A DNA stretch of 64,000 nucleotides from Octopus bimaculoides (Eukaryota). The notes under the pieces were generated by a model. It was not told where the DNA came from, ran no database searches, and saw nothing but the letters and a program-made list of their open reading frames with translations. Shown in pieces: positions 38,076 through 51,820 of the stretch. The position numbers and the translations under genes are program-made. The stretch spans positions 22,935,808 through 22,999,807 of the forward strand of contig NC_068983.1 of NCBI RefSeq assembly GCF_001194135.2, written 5' to 3'. Position 1 is the stretch's first letter. Each line of letters starts with the position of its first letter.

Positions 38076-40570
38076 AAGAATTAGTGTATGTCCAACCACA
38101 GAAACCAAACCAAAACAGTTGAATGGAGCTTGATGTATCTCCAGTTTACCAGTCCCAGTGAAAACATCTAACTTATGCCAGCATAGAAAAAGGACATGAT
38201 AGGATGATGATGATCAATTACATATTTTAAAACCTGAGTCTTCAGGAGAAACAAGAATACGAAGCAACCTAATTTTGGTTTTAAAAATTTCAATCTAGTG
38301 GATGATTCTAGCAAGTTTTTCAAAACTATAAATGCTAAGAATCAAGATGTCATTCTAAAAAAAAAAAAAAAAACAGATTTTTATTCAATGTCCCTAATGA
38401 AAAATACTCTCCATAGTCTATATTTCATTAGATCAAGAGCCAATGAAAAAAAATTGATGTGGGAGAATAACATATCAGCATCAATGATCTTGTAGTTGTT
38501 TGTCGAAATATTATGTTTGTTGATGTTACTGCTGTAGATGTTTATTATTAGATACCAATGAGTTGGTCAGTTTATTTGATTTAGGCCTACAGGCCTAAAC
38601 CCTGTGGTTAGTTAGATAGCAATACAACTTCTTGGTTGTATATTATAGATGTAGATGTAGGTGTGGCAAAGTTTACTTCCCAACCACATGGTTCTGAATT
38701 TAGTCCCACTGCATAGTACCTTGGGCAAGTATCTTCTTCTATAGCTTTGGTTCAATCAAAGCCTTGTAGGTAGATTTGGTAGACAGAAACTGAAAGAAGC
38801 CTGTTGTGTGTGTGTGTGTCCCATTGCTTGACAACCAGTGTTGGTTTGTTTAAATCCTCCATAACTTAGTTATTCAGCAAAAGAGATTGATAGAATAAAT
38901 ACCAGACTTGGGAAAATCGGTACTGGTTCAGTTTATTTGACTAAAACCCTTCAAGGCAGTGCCCCAGCATGGTCACAGTCCAAAATGACAGGATGGTCAA
39001 AGCTGGAATGTCTTTGATCAGATCTGCCAATTTATCTGATCCTCTTGTATTTTTTTTATACCTTAAGCCAGGAACTTCAGCACCCTATCATGTGTGTGTG
39101 TGTATGTATATATATATATACACATGCACACACACACATATGAGTACCATATTTTTCTGTTTAGTCTGATGTTAAAATTTGTTTTAATATTTGCTTGTGT
39201 GTCATGGGGCCCTCATTTTGTTTATCTCTTCATTTACAAAAATCTCTACTCTAGACTCTCTCACTATGTAGGTGTCTGTCTGCATTTTGCTATCTTTAGT
39301 AGATAACATTCTCATACACATTCATGTCTTATCTTGCTTGGTTGTATCAATAAGACATTTTATTCCCAAAGTAAAAGAAACAAGGTTAATCTCAGCTTAT
39401 TATAATAGATGTGTTTTTGGTAGATATAGTTTAGATACAGTAGGAATATTCTATTACTTTCATTGGCTTATTTTTAACATTTTTGGAGGAGATTTCATTT
39501 CTTATGCCTACAGTTCTTTCTTATAAAACATATACACAAATTAATCTTCTTTTGTTTAAGATAAAACTTTCAGATTTGAATTCAAATAGATTGTTTGCAA
39601 TAAAATGAATATGTATTATATATATTTATGTGTGTGTGTGTGTGTGTGTGTGTGTCATTTGTTCATTTATTTAATATCAGTTTTATCATTCTAGTATGAC
39701 TTGGTTGGGAAATTGATTTTGAGGTAGATTTTATGGCTGAACGTTCTTCTTGTTGCCAACCCTCACTTGATTTTTCAGGTAAAGGACTTCTGTTATTTCA
39801 CAAGTCTTTAAAAGTCCACAGTCATTATCGAAGGCAGCCAGCTGGCAGAATTGTTAACATGTTGGGCAAAGTGTTTAGCAGTACTTCTTGCACTTTACAT
39901 TCTGAGTTCAAATTCCATCCAGATCAGCCTTTGCCTTTTATCCTTTCAGAGTCGATAGTACCAGTTGACCACTAGGGTTGATGTAATTGACTAGTACCCC
40001 CTCAAAATTACAGGCCTTTTGCCTATAGTAGAAAGGATTATTATTTTTATTATTAGTATTATTAACATAATAAAACTACTTCCTGGTAGTTTAGTTAGCA
40101 AGGATGTTGTGCTGTGGTTTAGTGACAAGGGTCCTCAAATCTCTAGAATCTTTCTTTGGATTCTTACAGAGATTATCTAGAATTAACTATTTTTTTTATT
40201 GCAAGTTCTTTGATGAATAGTAATTGTCAGGTGGTTCTTCAGCTGAGAGATATTTTCAATACTTGGAAATATCTCTCAGTTGATACATCTGATGATATTA
40301 TCCAGCAAAAAACTTGAAGTACTAGAAAAGAAATGAGCTTTAACTGTAATGATATTTACTTCAGGCATTGAGCATGTATTTTTCTAATTACTGTTGTGAT
40401 GCTACACAGACAGACAATGAATGGTTAAGCTCTTTTATATGTACAAAAAAGGCCTAAGACAGAAAAAGAACACAATGTTATTTGTTCCTTTTTCTGTTTT
40501 TTGTTTTGTTTTAGGCCAAACCTGTGAATATCCTTTTTCATATATATAGGTATAGCTGTGTGGTTTAGAG

Positions 40571-40819
40571 CAGTGACCCCCAACCTTTTTGGCACCACAG
40601 ACCAAAGTATCATGCACGTTCACAAAACACAGAGTGCGTAGTATGTGATACAATTATTACAGATAAATTACATATATAATGTAAAAACACTCTGCAGACA
40701 GGGATTGTCAATAAAATAGAAATAAAAATTTAAAACTTATTCTTTCTGTAAGGGCCCTGTACCAAATGGTCCATGACCCAGTACCAAATGATCCATGGCC
40801 TGGTAGTTAGGGTCGCTTG
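40571..40819. mobile_element. hAT MITE inserted in a SINE A head (related copy ~27984-28205)
   Basis: CAGTGACCCCCAAC ... GTTAGGGTCGCTTG ends. Perfect 8-bp TSD GTTTAGAG at 40563-40570 and 40820-40827. Confidence 0.8.
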
Positions 40820-43800
40820 GTTTAGAGGTTTAATTTGCAACCACATTGATTTGAGTTTAACCCCACTGAACAACACTTTGCACAAGTGCCTTCTATCTTT
40901 GCTTGGTGTTGACCAATACCTTGTGAGTGGAATATGCTGATAATTTTGGAAATGGATATAAATACCAGCAAGAAATATAAAATGGTCACGCTTGTTACTC
41001 TAGCCATTGGTGCATTGGAATCCTGTAACCAATGCTACTATCATTCACAAATTATGGTAAATGAATAAATAAAATGTTTGTATAAATTTTGGCAACTCGA
41101 TGAGCTCTCTTACACCCACTCCTGATCTAGAATGTGAGAATATTAAATAATTATATGGAATGCCACACAGCATGGTTACTTGACTGTTGGTTCAGTATGT
41201 ACTTACAGGTTTAGTATATTTAGTGTTTATAACTATTAATATCTTAAAAAACATTTTTTAGTGTTGGTGCAAAGTATTACATTGCAACAATGTTATAGAC
41301 AATAACCTGTTCACATACTCAGCTACAAAGTCGAAAATAGAGCCAACGTCTGGTTAGGTTCCTAGCAGGAAGTATTTTATAAGATGTTTCTACTGAAGAA
41401 ATGGACATATACATAAATGTACACAAGCACACTTACACTCCATTATATATTTATAATAGGTGTGATTGAGTAGTTTTCTTTGCAATTTGCAAACACCTGG
41501 TTTTGCATTCAGTGCTCCTGTGCATTACATTGGACAAGTATTTTCTGCTAGAAGCCCAGGGCAACCAATGCCTTGTAAGTGAATTTAGTAGATGTAAACT
41601 GTACAATGCCTGGTATGTAATGGGCATGTGTTTAGGTAGATGCATATATGTGTGTGCATGCTCACATGTGCTGACATATGTACATGTGTGTTTGTGTTAA
41701 TGTTTACATTCTGTGTTTCTTCAAAAAACCTCTGAGCTGTGGGCAATCATGATGCTGGCATTTTGTTGCCAAAAATTATCTGGAGTCTCTACACTTTTGA
41801 AGATGAATGGAATTAAAAATCCCTCATTTAAAAGACAAGTAGAGGTTTACAACAGAAAGTGTCTCCAGCTGTAAATGTCAATGCCTTATGTTTTCGTCTA
41901 ATTCATACTAAACATGAAAAAACAGACTTAAAAGAAATACACGCACACCCTTCACTCTGTTAGGAGGCACAAGCCACATTACATACATGACAGGAACTTC
42001 TACCTACCAAATCTAATCAAAGGGCTTTGGTCAGCCCGAGGCTATAGTAGAAGATACTTGCCTGAAGTGCCACACAGTGAGACTGAACCTGAGACCATTT
42101 TGGTTGAGAAGCAAGTTTCCTAAACACAGCCATACCTGACACATTTATATCAGCTTCATGCATGAAGAGAAGCATGAGAAGTAAGGTATCCTTTCAGAAA
42201 AGAGAAAGAAAGCAACACTTACAGTGGATTTGAACTCCCAAACCACCACCTAACAGTCTAATATCAAACGTACTTTTTATACAGTATCTCTATCTGTCTG
42301 TCTACACACACAAACACTTGGTCAGTGTAATCTAGAAACAGGTTGGATAATTTTGTTGTATATTGATTTTATGAACTGAAACCTGTATTTTGTCCAAATT
42401 TAAATTACTATCTTAACATTTCCTTTTCTCTTCATCAAATCTCCCAAATTAACATTTCTCTCAGTCAACTTTTTTTTTTTCTACCATTTTATCAATTTAC
42501 GAGCCGAACTTTGATGTGAACTAATGTAATTCATTTATTCCAAGTGTTCTTTCACCTTTATTTCTTGACTTCTCTTTCTAATTTCTGGCATCCAAATACA
42601 TTGCAAAACAAAAAACATGCAAAATAAAAAACAAACAGAAAGTGGTATTTCCGTTTTACTCTATTTGTTTTCATCTGACCTGGAGTTGACCTGTTTTCAG
42701 TTCACCATAGCATGTCTTTTATGCTCCTCTGGCCACTAAGATTCCATAAGGGATAAAGTTTTAGAGGAAATGTTGAAGTGGTTTGGTAAGGAAATCACTA
42801 TAGGGTTAGTTAACAAAAGGGGAGAGTTGTGAACCAGGTTTATTTGAAGGTGGGGGGGGGGGTGATACATGGCTTTGATGGTTCAGAGAAACCAAGAGCT
42901 GTTACAGTCAACAGTCATGATAGAAGAAACAATATTTTGTGGATGATTGTTTGTGATTGCAATTTTGGCAGTGAATAAAAGCTTACCAATCACCTAGCTT
43001 TTTTCTTTTTGTGGAATCTATAATATTTTGGCACAAATGTGTTCTATAGAGAGTCAGTGTCTATTGAAAACTAATGCAGATTTTGGCCTTTGTCCATTAT
43101 TACTGAATATAAAATACAGTTTGCTATTTCAATAGTTTTCTTTGTTTTAAATTTGATAAATGGATAAATTACTTTTCTTGAGTCCATAAAAATGCAACCA
43201 ATTTACATGGTGTTTGTAGTTTCACTGTTACATAGCAACTGTCTTAATCATTGTGGGTTTAGGATTTAGTTCACTCGCCTAAGAGATATCAACAGTTGCT
43301 ATAAATGTAACCTGAAAGATTGGGGAAACATAACCTTCAACCTTTGTTTCAATATGCAATGTTTTTAGTATATCAACATTATCTACATGAGCAAAATGTT
43401 TGCTTGATTTAAAGCTAAATCATTTCAAAATGTTTTCGTTACCCGTGTATTCTCATCTGTTGCTCATTTCCCAGCCTGAAAATTCATGACCATATCCATG
43501 TTTTAGGGTTTGGTCATTTCCATGTGGTTCCTTTTAAAATAATCATTCACATCTATAATTAATTAATTGACAACAAAACATGACAATCATACCATGATTT
43601 ATCTACCTGCTGGTCTAATTAACTACTTATTTCTATATATTTTCACTTGAACTTTGTTGCTACAGTGTATTTTATCAATTGTTTTTATAGTTGGCTACAT
43701 TATTTTTGCTATCATTACCTTTGTCATCATCATCATCTTGTTTTTCCATGCTAGCATAGCTTGGACAAGTCTCTTCTGATACAGCAGCATCTTACCACTT

Positions 43801-44484
43801 GTCACAGCCCATTGTTATTTCTTTTGTAAGGTCCAGTATCCTGAGATCATCCCTCACTACTTCTTCTCACATATTATTCCTTGGTCTACCTTTTCTGCAG
43901 ATCATTTGTCATTCTTTTCATATATTTCACCTCAATATTTTCACATTCCTTCTTTTCTATGCTGTTATCCGATTGGCTGGCTCTAAAGTAGAGTACTTTT
44001 ATCCATCTAGCCACCACACTTCTGTGACATTATTTTTCTCCGTGAAAAAATAAATTAACTTTTTGGATAAACTATGAAGGACAAAATTATTTCTAAAATC
44101 ATAAGTTGTTTAGGTACAGGCATGGCTGTGTGGTGAAGAAGCTTGCTGTGTAACCACATTGTTCCCTGTTCAATCTCACTACATGGCACCTCGGACAAGT
44201 GTCTTCTACTATAGCCTTGGACCAACCAATGCCTTGTGAATGAATTTGGTAGAATGGAACTGTATGTAAGGCCATTCTGTATATATGAATGTGTGTATCT
44301 TTGTCCGCCACAATGGCTTGCCAGCCACTGTTGGTTTAAAATGAAAAAGATTGATGAAATAAGCTCCAAACTTAAATATATAAATCTATGGAAATTTTTA
44401 AAATTTGGTATGTTAATGTAGTTTTCCAAACTGAATTGCTGGAATTATTTCACTTTTTCCAGAAATTTTTTTAAAAAAGTTATA

Positions 44485-45123
44485 GAGGTTTAAAATTTGA
44501 TCATTTTCACCCAGTCAAGAAACAGGATTTGGGAGTTGTCATTTTGTGCATGACTGCACATTTTGTCAGCACCATGAAAATAGCATGTGTTGTTAATGTT
44601 TGTATTCTACACATGGGAAATGAATAAACATCGCATCTTTTGTAGTTTTAAGCATTCAATATGCATTTAATGTGATAAACAGCACATTACAAATGAAGTT
44701 TCTCAAAATAAGAGGTTTATAGCATTAACCTTAAAGATTTATCCAAAAACAAAATCGAACAGATTTGTAAAATTTCCAGGTGGGTAAAACAGAACACAGC
44801 ATCAACAAGTGGTTTCAATATATTTGTAACATATGCTTTCTCACAGACAAAAGAGTTCTCTTGTTCAGCTTGTTACTATGGAAATAGGCACAATTGTGTC
44901 TGCGGCTTATGATTGGCTAAAATTACCCAAAATTTTCAAACTTTAATAGCTGATAACTCTTTATCTATTGATTTATGGCAAAAATGATTTTCATGGCATT
45001 GATTAGCCTATAAAAGTATATCAATAAGCTAAATATGAAATCAATTGGAGCAGAAATTGACCTTGGCAGCCAAACAGAAAAAGATCAAAAATTTCTCTTA
45101 AATCTCAAATGATTTTAACCCTC
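44485..45123. mobile_element. Putative non-autonomous DNA transposon, unclassified
   Basis: Imperfect terminal inverted repeats GAGGTTTAAAATTTGA / TCAAATGATTTTAACCCTC. No convincing TSD. Confidence 0.35.
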
Positions 45124-47084
45124 GGACCTGGGCTCTCGAGCAAAATCCTAAATAGTTGCACACACAGCTTAAGAGTTTGCAGGCAAATTAATGAACAGAA
45201 CTGACTGCATCTCCTTTTTCTATGTGTGTTGTTCATTACCACTTTATTGGCAATCTGGCAGAAATAACGTTTAACCTATTCTTGCTATAGCAGGAATATG
45301 GTGTAATAGGGTTAAGAGCCACTGCTTATCTCTGGCTTCACATTGAGAATCTAATAATAAGATACATTTCCCCTTGGGTCAATTGCTATCTTGTAATACT
45401 CTCCAATGTGCTAGCATTTTGTTGATTACAAAGTGGATTGAATGTAGATTAACATGCTCTTCTTCATGTCATTTGATACTAGCTCATGATGTAGGAGTAT
45501 GTTGTTTAATAGCCCTTTTATTGTCATTAAGCCTCTACTTCAGACACCTTATATGTTAAAGTTGTCCCTTTCATCATCCACTATGAAAGAATATGTCTGT
45601 TGTTATTTGAGCCCCAAGTCAACTCATTGAACAAACCCATGATCAAAAGCAGTCTAGCTGGACAGTTAATGTGTCTGTAAGTTGGCTTCTGTCATCATTG
45701 AAACTGCATGCCACCCTTTCTCTTCCTCTTTGAGACTCCCACCTCTCACTCCCCTATCTCCCACTTATTCTTCCATCCTTTTCTTACTGTTCCACTCCTC
45801 TCTTTCTCCCCTACCCTCTGTTTTTCTTTCCTGTCTTCACTCACTCTTTTATTTTTCTATACTTCCTCTGTTAATTGTTTTAGACTACATACAACATAAG
45901 TTATCTCCTATTCATTCCAGTTGCTGCCCACCCACTCTCATTTTGAGAAGACTCAAAATGATGAACAAGAGTATTATAAATGACTACATCTATAAAGCTT
46001 TATTTGGAAATATTGGTACTTTATCATTTGGTAATGCTGGTTATGTTACCTGCTTCCAATCCCTGAGTAAATTTATCTCCCATATATAAAATACCATACA
46101 ACCAGCACATAACCCCCTTAGCCTTAGCCCTTAAAAGTAACCAGTTGCTGGTTAATGGACATTTATTCACATTACATTTTACTATATGGTCATATTTATT
46201 TACCTTTTTTAATTTGTATCACAGTTTGCAAGCAATGACATCGTTGGTTACATATTTCCAGTGGACCTAATTATTAGTTCATTACATTTCTGATAAACAA
46301 GGGAGTGCCTGTAACCCAGTGTAGAACAAAAGTCTCGAGACTTTGTGCATAAACTACCAATTTTTTTTTCTTGCCTATATGTATGTGTGTGTATACTTCA
46401 GCAATGTAATTACACACATGCTGTTGGCAATTTTTTTTCTTTCTCTGAACTTTTCCCTTTTTCCTTTCCAAAGAAGAGCTATGCTTGAAACATCAAACTC
46501 TTTTCACCAAGCATCAAACTAACTAATACATTCCTTGTGCACATCCTCTTGTTCCTGTTATTTTCATTCATTTTTTTTAATTGACTATGTTATATATATA
46601 TATATATATATTAGCAGAAGATTACTTGCAGGACACATGTAGACGTGGACACACACAATCATCACGACTTTCTTTTACAACCTCTGACCAATGCAGACAT
46701 AAAATAATGATGGTGTGTATACACACATATGCATACAAATACTCACTCACACATAGAAGCTTATAATACACACACACACACACACAGATCAGGCTTCTGC
46801 ACAGTTTTCACTTACCAAATTTAATCCACAGGGCATTAGTCAACCCAAGACACTTGCTGAAAAAGCTACTCATCAATATCAAAACAAAGAACTATAATGG
46901 TTGCAATGGGAATTTTTTAGCCATACAACCATGCTTATTTGATTCCATGCTAGCTGCAAAAAAAACAAAACAGTTTTAATGAATTAAAATAAATGTCACT
47001 TATCTGGTCTTGAAAATTCACCAGATCCATTCTCTGGATATTTTATTTAAAGATTTTTTAATATTTTTTTTTTATATCTTGTAG

Positions 47085-47252
47085 TCAACTGAAAGTGACT
47101 TGTCTCTTGATGATGAAGATACTGCGATAAATCCCAATGTATCATTCCAAGAATTCATGCAGCAATACCAAGAACTGACTGACTGGCTGAACCAGATTCA
47201 GGCATTCACTCAGCGGAAGGTGATGTGTCGATCAGAGAAATATCTAAACCAG
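47085..47252 (+). CDS. Internal coding exon (56 codons, STESDLSLDDED...QELTDWLNQIQ...SEKYLNQ) of the same gene
   Basis: T-rich tract plus gtAG acceptor ends at 47084; donor CAG|GTAAGA is at 47252/47253. Length is 168 nt, phase 0/0, and it joins in frame to the exon ending at 30790. FQEFMQQYQELTDWLNQIQ resembles spectrin-repeat helix A (L..WL). Confidence 0.85.
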
Positions 47253-47324
47253 GTAAGATGCCAATGTGCCCGAGTTATTTTTTGTTTTGTTTTTCAGAAA
47301 TTGAAGTATATCCCCTTCTGTTAA

Positions 47325-47540
47325 CCCTTTTGTTACTGTGTATATTTTGAGATGCTCTGTGTTTCTTTCAATTGATTTTAAATATAACAAAGAATTTAGT
47401 AAAATAACTTAGTTATCATTAAGCTAGTGTTAGGAACATAAATTGTGACTAAGGTTTGGTGGAAGATTTTAATTCAAAACTTATGAAAACAAGACATTTG
47501 TACTACAGAGGCAGTTTCAGCTGGGTTGATATCGAAAGGG
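47325..47540. mobile_element. piggyBac-type MITE family 2 (other copies: 34899-35117 in opposite orientation, ~5527-5740, ~48373 partial)
   Basis: TTAA|CCCTTTTG ... CGAAAGGG|TTAA. The body is shared with the reverse complement of 34899-35117. This copy sits 72 bp downstream of the exon-2 donor. Confidence 0.8.
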
Positions 47541-49110
47541 TTAAACCTATTTGACAGTTATTTTCTTTATTCCATTGACAAAACTTTTATGCAGTTTTTC
47601 AACATGCTAGACACAGTAACTAAATCTCCCTCATCACACCATGAATGAATGGATATTCTCATCCACGTGTTTGAGGGCTGGTAGGGACTCAGACACAACT
47701 ATCACACCTTGTGCCACACACTGTGATCCCATATTGCAATCTTACATTTTACTAGGGTCTTCCTTATCCATTCCCTGATGTCATCATTCCATTTTGATCT
47801 GCCATGTCTAGCAGCCTGTTTTCCATCCACTCAACCTCTGAGGGAACATGCAGGCACAGAGGTTCTGGGCTCAGATCTGACCATCACCAGAATATAGCAG
47901 TATGAAATGAAATGCTACAAAATAAGGCATTTAGTCTTGTTTCATAGGGTTTTTGCCAATTTGCTCGGAGGAAGAGGGAATAAGAAAGGAATGTCCCCCT
48001 TGTGGAGGTGTCATGACCCCAACCAGGTCCAAGGAGCACAAACCATTACTGTAGGGTGTGATTTGAAGGAGATTTAGTTGCTATGTTTAGCACATTGAAT
48101 GACCATGCAGTGGCTCCTGCATTGGCTTATTATACATTTACTATCTATTCTGGATATTTACGCACTATGATTCATAGCTCTAATCACTTACTTCAAAATC
48201 CACAGCTCCAAAAAAGAATTATTTCACATTCTGTCAAAGTTTGTAAATTCTTATTACATGAACAATATATCTATATCCACATATATAACAGCAAAACTAA
48301 ATAATCTGAAAACAATATTGAAGTATTATTCACTGAGGTTCTTATAAAAGTTTAATTAAAAATTCATTTAACCCTTTTGTGACAATATTTCTGATTAAGT
48401 ATATTGTGTTTCAATTAATTTTTTAAATAATCAAAAATTTGGCTGTATTTACTAGTAAGTTCTTTTTCTCTCATTTTCCTATTCTCATGCATGCACACTC
48501 ACACACGAGTGCACACAGAGTAGGACATCTTATTTTACTTTATTCCAAGACTGAATAATAAAAATAATAATAATAATGATGATAATAATAATAATAATCC
48601 TTTCTACTCTAGATACAAGGCCTGGAATTTTTTTGAAGTGGGAGGGGACTAGGTGATTATATTGAACCCAGTGTTCCACCGGTACTTAATTTATCAACCT
48701 TGACGGAATTTGAACTCAGAACATAAAGACAGACGAAATGCCATTAAGCATTTTGCTCAGCATGCTAACAATTCGGTCAGCTCGCCACCTTATATATATA
48801 ATAGCAATAATAATAATAATAATAATAACAGTGATGATGATTTTATTTGCTATCAGTTTGCCAGATGAAGAACAAAAATGATGTTAAAAAATAATAAATA
48901 ATAACAATGAAGATCAATATATTGATTGATGTTGACATTCCTTTGGATATTCCTCATCCATTTAGCTTTCCAACCAACCAACGAGCCAGCCAGCCAGCCA
49001 GTCTCAGACTCATGATATGAGTCATTTCTTATCAGATGTTCCCATTTACCAAGATGCCTTTCAAGACAGCCATGCAACAGTGATGCATCCCAATGCAAAT
49101 ATCTATAACC

Positions 49111-49145
<35 letters not shown>

Positions 49146-51778
49146 CAGAAACAGCAGCCATTGACCAATATTTTCAATGAATGGGATGATGATGTACTTC
49201 ATTTCCTTTTTGCTGCTTCCATTGCCATTGACTGTTGCTTATTCTAAGACTGTTGCTCTGGCTGCTGCTGCCGCCGTTGTTGTTGTCGTTGCTGGTGTTG
49301 TCACTGCTTCTGATAGATAGAAAAGGAGTGATAGTAGAATCAAGATCGAATCTGCTGCAATCAACAGATTCGTTGCTGCTGCTACAGATGGTTGTATGAA
49401 TGCACTTGTTAAACAGCAGCACTAACAGTGGCGGCGGCAGCAGTGGTGGTGGTGGCGGCAGCAGCATAAACAAAATTACTCACATAAACAAAATAATTAC
49501 TCATATCAAAATTTAATTTATTAATTAATTATTCATTTATTTATTTATTTTATTGAAGTCTGTTTATTGACAAAATCGGTAATGCTGGACTATTTACCTT
49601 CAGTAGCAAAATAAATCTAGTTATACCCACTTCCACACACACACACACTGTTCCATATTAAAATTCCATTGGAATTGAGTTCGCCCTGCATTTTTACATG
49701 GCCAGTAAAGCAAGTAGTAGTAAAATATTGGTGGGGGATGTGATTCCTACCCTGTCTATCTTTTCTCTTTATCAACCTGCTTATCTATTCATCCATCTAT
49801 CAATCTTTCTGTCTGTCTTTCCTCTCTTTCTCTCTCTCTGGTTATTTATCTGTTTATCCATCTATCAGTTGTTCACATATATAAATTCAATGTACAGAAT
49901 GTTAATAAAATTTTATTTTAATAATATAAGCTCACAGCGTAATAATTTTGATATTTTTTTCCAATTCTATTTCTGAAAATAGTTTTTATCTCATTAATAT
50001 CTTTCATTCTTTATCCAAACCATTAAAGAAGAATTTTAAATAAAATAAATTAAATTAAATAAGAATAATAGAAAGAAACCTGGCGTGTGATTGATAGCTC
50101 CCTACCATTATCTTTCATACAGATTTGTATTGGCAGGGTTACTAAATACACTATAGTATTATTTTTCTTTTAATTCTATGAATAAGAGACTACCAGGGTT
50201 ATTAGTAGCAGAAGTTAGGAGGAAGCTAGTGAAATGAATAGATGAAAGTGGTGGATCTGTAGAAAATATTCAATGGTTCACTAAGTCCAGGAAAAAAAAA
50301 TTGGGTGGAATCCTCATTTAGTCATTAAGAAGCTTTGAATGAAAGTATTTTGTGAAAATGAAGTGTTTAGGAAAAGGATTAAAGGAAGGGAGGGGAAAAA
50401 GAAATCCACTTGTATCATAAAGCCAGTTAGAAATATTCATGGCAGGAGCCATTTTCAGTTCCACATTTCATTCTACAGTTGGCAATTCACAAATAAGGAA
50501 ATTGCTTTGCCTGAATTGGAGAGTAAGCTTTTTTTTTTTTTTTTCCTTCTTTTGTATTTAAACTGTATTCTACTTCTGTGATTATTTCAATGTTTGTATA
50601 TTTGATATTTTCCCATTTAAGATACATCAGTAATTCAGCACCTTTACTACTAACAAAAGAAAACGTGTTTGTTCACATATACATACTCTCTTCCTTCTCT
50701 CTTTCTCTCTCTCTCTCTCTCCCTCTTTCATTCATTAAAATGTTATAGTAATCAATGTAACTGTCTACACACACCTGTTTGGTCGTTCATGGTTCCAGTA
50801 TTAAAATCTGTTTCAGTAATGGCAAGGTTTTGTTACTTGTGTGTGTGTGTATAATATATGTATGTGTATATATATATATGTATGCATATGCACACACACA
50901 TACAGTAAACCCCTGATTTTACAGACTGATTAGGAAGGATGGTATGTTTGTTCACTCCAAAAGTCTATTAAATTGAAGATAACCTAGGACTGTTACTTAT
51001 TGTCTTAAATGTAAAATTTCAGATACATTATACACTATTGCTCAATATAAAATCATTAAATTATTCTAATAAATATATTTAATTTTTACTTCTCCTTTTC
51101 ACTAACTACTGAAGACTATCATGCCATTATAACACATTGTGTTGTTATGATTATTATGGTGGCAGTGAGCTGGCAAAATCATTAGTGCATCAGAGAAAAT
51201 ATTTAGCTGCATTTCTTCCAACTCATTACATTGTGGGTTCACATTTTGTGGAGGGTAACTTTATCTTTCATCCCTTTGGGGTTGATAAAATAAAGTAGCA
51301 ATCAAGTGCTGGGGTCATTGTAATCAACTTACCGCTTTCCCTCAAATTCCAAGTCATATGTGAAAATTAGGAAGAATTATTATTATAAATATTATTATTC
51401 AGACCTTTTATATCAAGGTTTTATAGTAATTCCTGTTGTTGGACTGTTACCATGTTGGGGCATCGGGGTCTTTAAGTGGATTATATCAGCCCCAGTACAT
51501 AATTCAGTGTGATACTTATTATATTGATATCCATTTACCAAGCTACTATATTATAGGACTTCAAGTGACACAAACAACCCTGGTTTTTAGATCAGTGTAA
51601 ATACACACACACACTAGTCTTCCACACAGTTTCTGTCTACCAAATTCACTGACAAGGCATTGATCAGCCTGGTACTGTAGTAGAAGACACTTGCCCGAGG
51701 TGCCATGCACTGAGACTGAAACAGAAACCATGTGGTTGCAAGGAAGCGTCTTAACTACACAATTATACCTGTGCTTTT

Positions 51779-51820
<42 letters not shown>

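Noticed and set aside
42701-42785. Possible extra exon (ttttcAG ... GTAAGG) in intron 1
   Set aside because: It is 85 nt long with an in-frame TAA at 42737; no support beyond splice-like dinucleotides.
45682-46089. 135-aa Leu/Ser/Pro/Phe-rich ORF
   Set aside because: Product of a pyrimidine-rich low-complexity tract; no splice or domain support.
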